DNA of 64,000 bases from a virus (lineage: Duplodnaviria > Caudoviricetes): positions 1-64,000 of the IMG/VR virus record IMGVR_UViG_3300020161_002395, one strand, 5' to 3'. Every line of letters starts with the position of its first letter. Position 1 is the first letter of the stretch. Under the pieces are notes generated by a model. It had not been told where the DNA came from. It was given only the letters and a program-made list of their open reading frames with translations, and did not search any database. Below, one piece after another: positions 7,069 through 14,285 of the stretch. A program made the position numbers and the translations under genes.

Positions 7069-7677
7069 ATGAAAGTAGATGAAATAGTCTCATATCCAAG
7101 TAGAGATGGTAATGTTTGGAAATTTCAACATCATTTTAATGGTGTAAAGTTAGTGCCAGCATTTTCTAATTTAAATTATGCATTGGTTAATAGCCACGGT
7201 ACCGAATACTATGGATTATTTGATGAAAACACTCAATTGGTTAGTATTTTGGAATTAGATGAACGTGATACCCCATATTGGCAAATTTCATACACTGAAA
7301 CAGTTTCAACTTATCGTCGTCAAGGTTGTTTTAGATATTTATTGCTTAAAGCAGTGGAAAAACATACTACAATATTAAGTGATGAACATCAAACGAAAGA
7401 ATCTGAACATGCTTGGAAATCTTTGATACAATATCCAAGTGAACGATTACAATTTAAGATGTATAATACTAAAACTGGTGATATTGAAGATGTAGAACAA
7501 CAAATAGTATGGGATGATACTAGTGTTTATGTTATGTTAGTTACAAATTCACACTTTACTGAAAGTATGAAACACCTTTCTGAAATTAGAGATAGTTATA
7601 CTATCAAAAATAACAGACATTTTGATGGATTATGGTTTGGTCCAGAATCTAGTAATGAAAATTACGAAAATCCTTGA
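7069..7677 (+). CDS. putative GNAT-fold acetyltransferase
   Basis: Motif-A-like ISYTETVSTYRRQGCFRYLL; SDEHQT...AWKSL. Confidence 0.55.
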   Translation: MKVDEIVSYPSRDGNVWKFQHHFNGVKLVPAFSNLNYALVNSHGTEYYGLFDENTQLVSILELDERDTPYWQISYTETVSTYRRQGCFRYLLLKAVEKHTTILSDEHQTKESEHAWKSLIQYPSERLQFKMYNTKTGDIEDVEQQIVWDDTSVYVMLVTNSHFTESMKHLSEIRDSYTIKNNRHFDGLWFGPESSNENYENP

Positions 7678-7711
7678 CATCATAAGATATTTTTAGTATA
7701 ATAAGATTTTT

Positions 7712-7766
7712 AGGATACATTCAGCAAGTAAAAAACTTTCAATTGGTGAAAACAAAACGTATCCTG
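7712..7766 (+). ncRNA. CAGCA-box element copy 10 (identical to copy 9)
   Basis: Exact repeat of 6998-7052; own promoter TTGACA 7674 / TATAAT 7697. Confidence 0.8.
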
Positions 7767-7789
7767 TTAAATTTTATAAAGCACTTTGA

Positions 7790-7875
7790 GCGGGTGTAGC
7801 TCAGTATGGTTAGAGCGCGGTCCTTCCAAGTCCGAGGCGAATAGTTTTACGCAGGTTCAAATCCTGTCACCCGCT
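7790..7875 (+). tRNA. tRNA-Gly(TCC) with an enlarged variable region, no CCA
   Basis: Acceptor gcgggtg/cacccgc, loop ctTCCaa, 16-nt variable region; flanks pair (aaagcactttga/tcaaagtgcttt). Confidence 0.75.
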
Positions 7876-7887
7876 CAAAGTGCTTTG

Positions 7888-8640
7888 TTATTTTGATAAC
7901 AGTTCTTTCACTAGATCTAATTTTGATTTATTTTGGTATTCTTTATGCGAAATACGTAATATTTCAACATTGTAGTGAGACATAATGTAAGCATCACGGT
8001 CGATATCATAATCGATAGTTTTCAAGTGTTGGGTACCATCTAATTCTATAATTAGTGCTAGATCGGGGAAATAAAAATCACCAAAATACGTTTTTACTAT
8101 ATCATAGCGTCTAAAAGGTTGTTCAGTTATGTAATTTATACTTGGATAATTTTCATTAAGCCACTTTTCAAATGAAAGTTCCATATATGACCTTTTATTC
8201 CTACCTCGATTTGATTTTGGATTAAAGGTATTATTTGCAATACTATTTTTAATTCTAATTGAAAGGTATTTACGATTACAAGCATCAGAACATGTATTAC
8301 TATTTTTAGGATGAAATTTATTGCAAATTTTACATTGTTTAATTTTTGTAAATGCTGGTCCGTATTGTTTATAATTTAATTTAGCAATAGATATTTTGGC
8401 AGCCTCTACTTGTTTCACAGTCGGTTTCCATCCATCAGCAATGCGTTTTTTATTGTTATATTTTGCAGAACATGATTGATTACAAAATTTGTTATTTGAA
8501 TAAATTGGTTCTTGACATTCTAAACAATATGATTTTGGATCTTTTACAGAATGATATTTTTTATAATGACTTTTTATGTTTTGAGTAGTTAATGGTTCTT
8601 TACAAGAAATGCAAGAACAGTACAAATGAAATTTAGACAT
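7888..8640 (-). CDS. Free-standing endonuclease, Vsr/DUF559-like with Zn-finger repeats
   Basis: C-terminal DFYFPDLALIIELDGTQH...DRDAY...ILRI; N-terminal CxxC, FCNQSC and TCSDAC repeats. Confidence 0.75.
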   Translation of the reverse strand: MSKFHLYCSCISCKEPLTTQNIKSHYKKYHSVKDPKSYCLECQEPIYSNNKFCNQSCSAKYNNKKRIADGWKPTVKQVEAAKISIAKLNYKQYGPAFTKIKQCKICNKFHPKNSNTCSDACNRKYLSIRIKNSIANNTFNPKSNRGRNKRSYMELSFEKWLNENYPSINYITEQPFRRYDIVKTYFGDFYFPDLALIIELDGTQHLKTIDYDIDRDAYIMSHYNVEILRISHKEYQNKSKLDLVKELLSK

Positions 8641-8795
8641 TTAATTTCTCCAGATATAAATAAAAGTATGGGACAGCCTAGTTCTCCAGACTGGGTTTTG
8701 AAATACTCGTAATATTTCAATTACCATAACTATTTATCAAAAAGTTATTGACACAATTTTAATTTTTTGTTATAATTACATAAATTAAAAGTTTT

Positions 8796-8850
8796 AGGCT
8801 CAATTCAGCATACATCATCTTACCATTATAAAGAAACCAAGATGAGCCTG
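8796..8850 (+). ncRNA. CAGCA-box element copy 11
   Basis: aggctca/tgagcct helix (compensatory changes), attCAGCAT; promoter upstream. Confidence 0.78.
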
Positions 8851-8979
8851 TTTTAATGATTGACAACTACAATACTATAAAGTATAATACAACAAATAAC
8901 TGGTGCTATTACAACTAATAATTACTATATCGATCATAGATCCGAGTTACATAGATAGTACCAGTTATAAACGAATAAT

Positions 8980-9052
8980 TGCGGGGTATATCAGTGGTAG
9001 ATAGCTGGGCTCATAACCCAGAGGTCGTTGGTTCGATTCCAACCCTCCGCTT
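8980..9052 (+). tRNA. tRNA-Met(CAT), second initiator-type copy, no intact CCA
   Basis: ctggg-ctCATaa-cccag, gttgGTTCGATTCcaac. Confidence 0.8.
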
Positions 9053-9093
9053 CCCTTCGGAATACTGAATAAATCAGTATTCCAAAATGTTTT

Positions 9094-9196
9094 AGGGTCA
9101 CTACAGCAATCAATGTTTAAGCCAAGCTGGAGGAACGGTTCGATTCCGTCTAGAAGTATACCGGTTGTATGCCAGCAATAACAAATGATGACCCTG
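9094..9196 (+). ncRNA. CAGCA-box element copy 12; permuted tRNA-Gly(GCC)-like cargo without an acceptor stem
   Basis: agggtca/tgaccct helix; aaGCCaa-gctgg, acgGTTCGATTCcgt, D-like agtataccggttgtat, ccagc pairing with gctgg. Confidence 0.8.
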
Positions 9197-9209
9197 TTTT
9201 AATAATTTT

Positions 9210-9320
9210 AGGATACATTCAGCAAGTTGATACACCCTGGAGGTCGTAGGTTCGAGTCCTACATTCTCTTAAGAGGATTAGCTCAGTTGGGAGAGCGCCT
9301 GGCTAAAAACACGTATCCTG
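9210..9320 (+). ncRNA. CAGCA-box element copy 13; permuted tRNA-Val(TAC)-like cargo
   Basis: aggatac/gtatcct helix; gaTACac, aggtc, gtagGTTCGAGTCctac, acceptor attctct/agaggat, D arm tagctcagttgggagagc. Confidence 0.85.
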
Positions 9321-9340
9321 TTTTAATTCAAAAGGAATAT

Positions 9341-9613
9341 ATGACACAAGTAACAGCAAGACATATTTTAGTAGGAACTTTGGAAGAAGCACAATCATTG
9401 GCAACACAAATCAATGAAGGTGCAGATTTTGGTGCATTGGCACAACAGCATTCAAAATGCCCAAGTGGAAAGAATGGTGGTAATTTAGGTCCATTTGGTC
9501 GTGGACAAATGGTTAAACCATTTGAGGATGTATCATTTGGACTGGATGTTGGTGGATTTAGCGAACCAGTTCAAACACAATTTGGCTATCATTTAATCAA
9601 CAGAACTGCATAA
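9341..9613 (+). CDS. ppiC: Parvulin-type peptidyl-prolyl isomerase
   Basis: ARHILV, FGALAQQHSKCPS, GGNLGPFGRGQMVKPFE, TQFGYHLI; AAGGA RBS before ATG 9341. Confidence 0.93.
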   Translation: MTQVTARHILVGTLEEAQSLATQINEGADFGALAQQHSKCPSGKNGGNLGPFGRGQMVKPFEDVSFGLDVGGFSEPVQTQFGYHLINRTA

Positions 9614-9617
9614 GTTT

Positions 9618-9905
9618 ATGAAGACACAAGTTTTAGATGATCGAGTTGTAGTTAAAAAGAAAGACGTTGCTAAAACCAATTCATTTGGTATAGTTATCCC
9701 AGAAGACAAAACTGTAAAAACTTCAGAAGGTGAAGTAATTGCAGTTGGTGAAGGTAAGCAACTTGATAATGGTGTCATTCGAGAGATGACTGTTAAAGTT
9801 GGTGACACAGTACTATTTCCAAAAGGTGCTGGGGTTGAAGTAAAAATTGAAGATATTGAATGTGTAGTTTTACGTGAAACTGAAATATTCGGTATCTTAG
9901 AGTAA
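9618..9905 (+). CDS. groES: GroES co-chaperonin
   Basis: LDDRVVVK...GIVIP...GEVIAVGEG...VKVGDTVLF...LRETEIFG. Confidence 0.92.
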   Translation: MKTQVLDDRVVVKKKDVAKTNSFGIVIPEDKTVKTSEGEVIAVGEGKQLDNGVIREMTVKVGDTVLFPKGAGVEVKIEDIECVVLRETEIFGILE

Positions 9906-9917
9906 AGATTTAATTAT

Positions 9918-9996
9918 GCTCCAATACCAAAGTGGCTTAATGGGACTGATTGCAAATCAGTAAAAATCGGCGGTTCGAATCCGTCTTGGAGCTCCA
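9918..9996 (+). tRNA. tRNA-Cys(GCA)
   Basis: Acceptor gctccaa/ttggagc, loop ttGCAaa, TCCA end. Confidence 0.9.
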
Positions 9997-10038
9997 GCTG
10001 TAAAATACATTGTCAACTCGGTGTATTAGTAAAAAAAT

Positions 10039-10131
10039 GGAATAGCTACAGCAAAAAGTTCGCGGTTAATACCCGCTCCGGAAAGACTTCTTTTGCTATT
10101 AGAAGAAAAACAAATGGCAATCCCTATTCCG
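10039..10131 (+). ncRNA. CAGCA-box element copy 14
   Basis: ggaatag/ctattcc-g helix, ctACAGCAA; multi-hairpin non-tRNA cargo. Confidence 0.72.
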
Positions 10132-10140
10132 AACTATTTT

Positions 10141-10247
10141 AGGCTAGATACAGCAATCCAAATATTATAATGGATGGACTGGCGAACATACTGCTGGTCG
10201 AACTGGAAGGAAAGAGCCAGTATAAACCTTCAACAAACACTAGCCTG
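10141..10247 (+). ncRNA. CAGCA-box element copy 15
   Basis: aggctag/ctagcct-g helix, atACAGCAA. Confidence 0.75.
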
Positions 10248-10257
10248 TTACCTTTTT

Positions 10258-10462
10258 AGGATGTTTACCGCATAATAAACCTATAACTGCTGCCACTAAT
10301 CTTGTATTGAGTGGCTATTACTGGAATAATTAACCAGAGTAGCTTCTAACGCGAAAGTTAGATATTGCTAATAAGAATTATTAGATAGGGTTATGGATTA
10401 ACTCCCCCAAGTGGGTAGATGATAACCAGAAGAAAATAAAATACATCCTTCCGAACATCCTG
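10258..10462 (+). ncRNA. CAGCA-box element copy 16 (longest; variant box CCGCAT)
   Basis: aggatgtt/aacatcct-g helix; ~180-nt cargo with several hairpins. Confidence 0.65.
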
Positions 10463-10486
10463 TTTTAAACTTTTAATTGGTACTAA

Positions 10487-10678
10487 ATGAAACCCATTAA
10501 GCTAACAATAGATCAAAATTATACCTTAATAAGCAATTCCCATGCACTTGGGTATACAAGTTCATATGCATACATAGATAGTGTTTTTAAAGGCAAAAAG
10601 CACATTACACCAGACGGTGAGTATGAAATAATCTTTCAAAATGATGTTGATGCAACCTGGTTTTTATTAAATTTATGA
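10487..10678 (+). CDS. hypothetical protein with C-terminal DATWFLL motif
   Basis: ORF; C-terminal motif shared with neighbours. Confidence 0.6.
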   Translation: MKPIKLTIDQNYTLISNSHALGYTSSYAYIDSVFKGKKHITPDGEYEIIFQNDVDATWFLLNL

Positions 10679-10905
10679 CATTTAAAGTAGAATTACATCC
10701 TGAGTATGATTATTGTCCACAATGGTGGAAGCAATTATGCTCACATTATAATCATTTGAAATCTGATGTCGCAACTGACAATGCAATTCGTTCATATATT
10801 ACTGCAAATGGTGGAACAATTCAATTAGATGAAGATGGTGATTGTATAGAATATATAGAATTCCCATCAGAAGCACACTTTACTTGGTTTTTATTAAAAA
10901 TATAA
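10675..10905 (+). CDS. hypothetical protein with C-terminal FTWFLLK motif
   Basis: ATGA-overlapped ORF. Confidence 0.6.
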   Translation: MTFKVELHPEYDYCPQWWKQLCSHYNHLKSDVATDNAIRSYITANGGTIQLDEDGDCIEYIEFPSEAHFTWFLLKI

Positions 10906-10950
10906 AAATCATTTGACAAACAAAATAAATCTGCTATAATACACACTTAT

Positions 10951-10986
10951 AGTTTAGTAAACAGCAAACAAAAACACACTAACCTG
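10951..10986 (+). promoter_or_regulatory. Minimal cargo-less CAGCA-box element (copy 17) in the 5' leader of the TROVE/vWA gene
   Basis: agtttagt-aaACAGCAA-acaaaaacac-actaacct-g between the promoter (TTGACA 10913 / TATAAT 10935) and RBS AGGAG at 10991. Confidence 0.7.
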
Positions 10987-11002
10987 ACATAGGAGATACA
11001 CA

Positions 11003-12421
11003 ATGACTACATTCGTAGAAGCAGTAGAAAATCAAGAATCTCATACCGCTAATGGTATGAAAGCACTTAAATCAACCACTAATAAAGCAGTAGACTTTTT
11101 CTACAATGTCGGCGCAAGCCGTGGTAAAGACATTATTCCTGCTTTTACATCAGCATATGTTGAAGATAAAGATCTAGCAATGCGTATTGCATTATGGGCA
11201 CGAGATGCTCGTGGTGGTTCCGGTGAACGTAAATTGTTCCGAGATATTTTAGCTCATTTAGAAACAGTTGACATCGATGCTGCAAAAGCATTGTTATCAA
11301 AGGTCCCAGAATTGGGTCGTTGGGACGATATTTTCGTTTTCAAAACTCAAGAAATGAAAACCGAAGCTTTCACAATGTTGAAAAATGCATTGACTGATGG
11401 TAATGGTTTAGCAGCTAAATGGACACCACGTAAAGGTGATGTAGCAGTTGAATTCCGTAAGTTTTTAGGTTGGAGCCCAAAGCAATACCGCAAAACATTG
11501 GTTTCTTTGACTAACGTTGTTGAAACGCAAATGTGTGCAAATGATTGGGATAACATCAACTTTAACCATGTGCCATCATTGGCAAGTGCTCGATACAAAA
11601 AAGCATTCAACCGCCATACTCCAAAGTTTGCAGAATATGTTGCAAAACTAATCGCCGGTGATAAGTCTGTTAGTGTTGCAGCTGGTGCAGTTTTCCCTTA
11701 TGATGTACTAAAAGGTGTTGGTAGTTACGGTTTTGATAGAACTGAAAAAAATCACATCATCGCCCAATGGGATGCGTTACCAAATTTTGTTGGCGATGCT
11801 AATATCTTACCATTGGTCGATGTTAGTGGTTCTATGAGTTGTAAAGCAGGTGGTCATAACTCTAAAACTGATTTAACCTGTATGGATGTTGCAGTATCAC
11901 TAGGTTTATACTTGGCTGATAAAAACACTGGTAAGTTTAAAGATACCTTTATTACCTTCAGTGAACGTCCAGAGTTGTTAACTCTACGCGGTAACGTGGT
12001 AGAAAAAGCAACTCAAATGGTTAAATCTGCATGGGGTATGAGTACTAACTTACACGCTGCATTTGATTTAATTTTAGATGTAGCAACCAAGTTTGATGTA
12101 CCACAAGCTGAAATACCAGAAATGCTCCTTATACTTTCCGATATGCAGTTCAGTCCATCAACTATCAGAGGAATTGATGAAACAGCAATGGAAATGATAA
12201 CACGTAAATATGAAGCAGCTGGGTATACAATTCCACAAATTGTGTTCTGGAACATCAATGCTGCTGACAACGTACCAGTTAAATCTGACAAGTCAGGTGC
12301 GGCGATGGTTTCTGGATTCAGTCCAGCTATTGTTAAAGCATTATTATCAGCTGATATGAGCGACTTCACCCCTGAAGGCATCATGTTAAAAACTGTAATG
12401 GTTGACCGATACGCTGTTTAA
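11003..12421 (+). CDS. TROVE/Ro60-like protein with C-terminal vWA domain (DUF2828-like)
   Basis: TANGM, RDARGGSGER, GRWDD, LAAKWTPR, VPSLA motifs; MIDAS DVSGS...STN...ILSDMQF, IVFWN, VSGFS. Confidence 0.8.
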   Translation: MTTFVEAVENQESHTANGMKALKSTTNKAVDFFYNVGASRGKDIIPAFTSAYVEDKDLAMRIALWARDARGGSGERKLFRDILAHLETVDIDAAKALLSKVPELGRWDDIFVFKTQEMKTEAFTMLKNALTDGNGLAAKWTPRKGDVAVEFRKFLGWSPKQYRKTLVSLTNVVETQMCANDWDNINFNHVPSLASARYKKAFNRHTPKFAEYVAKLIAGDKSVSVAAGAVFPYDVLKGVGSYGFDRTEKNHIIAQWDALPNFVGDANILPLVDVSGSMSCKAGGHNSKTDLTCMDVAVSLGLYLADKNTGKFKDTFITFSERPELLTLRGNVVEKATQMVKSAWGMSTNLHAAFDLILDVATKFDVPQAEIPEMLLILSDMQFSPSTIRGIDETAMEMITRKYEAAGYTIPQIVFWNINAADNVPVKSDKSGAAMVSGFSPAIVKALLSADMSDFTPEGIMLKTVMVDRYAV

Positions 12422-12427
12422 CCAACT

Positions 12428-12448
12428 GTGGGCTTCGGCCCCCTTTTT
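12428..12448 (+). terminator. Rho-independent terminator
   Basis: gggc-ttcg-gccc hairpin followed by a T run. Confidence 0.65.
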
Positions 12449-12462
12449 AATTATTAAAGAAT

Positions 12463-12657
12463 ATGACTTACATAGAAACAACACTTGACAAAATCAACGA
12501 AATACTATTAGAAAATGGATGTGGTTTATATCAACCAGATTTAGTAGAAATTGGTAATATTATTTCAGATGCTATTATAGCAGCAAACCTAGATTCTTCA
12601 TTAGCTGGTGAAGCTGTTGATTGGATTAACACATACCGAGAAGGTGGTAAAAAATGA
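12463..12657 (+). CDS. hypothetical protein
   Basis: 64-aa ORF coupled to the next gene. Confidence 0.55.
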   Translation: MTYIETTLDKINEILLENGCGLYQPDLVEIGNIISDAIIAANLDSSLAGEAVDWINTYREGGKK

Positions 12658-13094
12658 CCCTATTATCTAAAATCAAATCTGATCTTTTTGCATTACGAAA
12701 AGAAGGCACTGCAAAAACTGCAATCAGTCTTTTAACTACGTTATATAGTGAATCTGCGAATGTAGGTTTGAATGATGGTAAGCGTGAATCAACTGATGCT
12801 GAGGTATCAGCAGTTATCAAAAAATTCGTTAAGAACTTGAATGAATGTATTGAAGCTGGTACTAAAAAAGGTATTGATATTTCATTATATGAAACTGAAA
12901 AAGCAATTCTTGAAGTTTACTTGCCAAAACAACTTACACCAGTTGAAATCGAAGCATTTGTCATTGACCATGTGCGTGATGGTGGTAAACCAGCTGCTAT
13001 GAGAGCATTAAAAGAAAATTACGCAGGACAGTATGACGGTAAAGTTGCTTCCACCATTGTTGATAATTTAATTTTATCTTGGTCTGTTGTATGA
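12654..13094 (+). CDS. GatB/YqeY-domain protein
   Basis: TDAEVSAVIKK...EKAILEVYLPKQLT...MRALKENYAGQYDGK. Confidence 0.85.
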   Translation: MTLLSKIKSDLFALRKEGTAKTAISLLTTLYSESANVGLNDGKRESTDAEVSAVIKKFVKNLNECIEAGTKKGIDISLYETEKAILEVYLPKQLTPVEIEAFVIDHVRDGGKPAAMRALKENYAGQYDGKVASTIVDNLILSWSVV

Positions 13095-13363
13095 AACAAA
13101 AAATCAAAGAGGCTTGGTACTTTGTTCACTGGTTGATTAAAGACATCAAATTGGTGAATGTTATGTCCTTAATTGTGCTGTTTGCATCTTGGTCTATATG
13201 GGCTTTACCGGATCAGTATGCTTTGCCAGTAGCAGTATTTGTTATTATATACGCAATTGGACTGTTCTTATATTTGGTTGTATATAAAACACTACAATAT
13301 CAGTATGGAAAGTATAAAGATGAACAGCGTGAAATTTTTAATAATATCAAAGATAGTAAGTAG
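13091..13363 (+). CDS. membrane protein, two TM helices
   Basis: Two hydrophobic stretches. Confidence 0.6.
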   Translation: MKQKIKEAWYFVHWLIKDIKLVNVMSLIVLFASWSIWALPDQYALPVAVFVIIYAIGLFLYLVVYKTLQYQYGKYKDEQREIFNNIKDSK

Positions 13364-13690
13364 TTATCCAAAATACTGACTAAACTTTTTCAACTCTTCG
13401 AGGGTTAAGTTATTCTTAGCCCTATTCGCTTTAACTGACATTATTTCAATATTATCTTTACAGTAGCCTAACGATGAATCTTTACGGTCAAAGCTGTAAC
13501 TATCATCTTTAGGCTCTCCTCTATGCCATTTTAATGGTATCCCTAATACCGGACATGAAATCGGGAAAGATATTTCATCCAAGTCCGTAGTCGTTAAATT
13601 AAATTCAATCCCACGTTTTTTTGCAGATTGCTTTAATCTTCTAATAATTTCTTTATATTCTGGTCTATACATAAAATTATTTATTGACAA
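13364..13690 (-). CDS. HNH-like endonuclease
   Basis: CPVLG...SFDRKDSSLGYCKDNIEIMSVKANRAKN. Confidence 0.72.
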   Translation of the reverse strand: MSINNFMYRPEYKEIIRRLKQSAKKRGIEFNLTTTDLDEISFPISCPVLGIPLKWHRGEPKDDSYSFDRKDSSLGYCKDNIEIMSVKANRAKNNLTLEELKKFSQYFG

Positions 13691-13743
13691 TCCTGACTTG
13701 ATGGTATATAATTCAATTTTAATATATAGATGGAAGTAATATT

Positions 13744-14001
13744 ATGCAAGGTATCAAAGTAGAATTTACAGATAACACCAAACCTGACTATTGGTCAAAT
13801 TTTCAAAGATACATTGACAATGTGTCAAATGGTGATTATAATACAAGAGTTTCACTGACATATAGTGAATTGCAACGTTATCGCGGTATGCTCAACCCAT
13901 ACTATGCATACCGGTCAGGTGTGGATACATTACACTTCATGACCAGAGAACAACATGACCAATTTATAGCAAAATGGAGTGAATATGAACATATTGGATA
14001 A
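13744..14001 (+). CDS. hypothetical protein
   Basis: ORF after promoter 13684. Confidence 0.6.
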   Translation: MQGIKVEFTDNTKPDYWSNFQRYIDNVSNGDYNTRVSLTYSELQRYRGMLNPYYAYRSGVDTLHFMTREQHDQFIAKWSEYEHIG

Positions 14002-14212
14002 TTTAGATTCATTCTTTGAACGTGAACATGGATATGTTTTCAATAAACAAGAATTGACCGCTTTGATGAATGAACTACGTAATAAAACTATTGACGAATG
14101 CTCAGATATATGTAATAATCTAGCAGATTTAACAACAACATGTCCTACCGGTGATGAATTCAAACACGTTTACATCTTCGCAATGGACCGATTACGAGAA
14201 TTAAAACAATGA
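13979..14212 (+). CDS. hypothetical protein
   Basis: Overlapping ORF in the operon. Confidence 0.55.
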   Translation: MNMNILDNLDSFFEREHGYVFNKQELTALMNELRNKTIDECSDICNNLADLTTTCPTGDEFKHVYIFAMDRLRELKQ

Positions 14213-14256
14213 AAACTTGGGTATCATCAGATCTACATTTTGATCACATTACTTAA
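14209..14256 (+). pseudogene. Orphaned N-terminus of the metallophosphoesterase (MKTWVSSDLHFDHIT*)
   Basis: Contains the SDLHF motif; ATGA overlap with the upstream gene; truncated by the endonuclease insertion. Confidence 0.8.
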
Positions 14257-14285
14257 CTTTGATAAATACATCAAGGTAAAATAAC

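Noticed and set aside
9227-9340. N-terminal extensions of ppiC (9227), the ARD gene (4128), clpP (20570) and the MazG-like gene (27428)
   Set aside because: The extensions run through RNA elements or promoters; downstream ATGs fit the family starts.
1401-10986. CAGCA-box repeats as a CRISPR array
   Set aside because: Copies are dispersed, vary with compensatory changes, enclose rather than alternate with the variable sequence, and no cas genes are in the window.
1401-10986. CAGCA-box elements as simple terminators or known ribozymes
   Set aside because: Loops are about 20-190 nt with a conserved unpaired box and often follow promoters directly. I could not see hammerhead, HDV or twister cores, although self-processing is not excluded.
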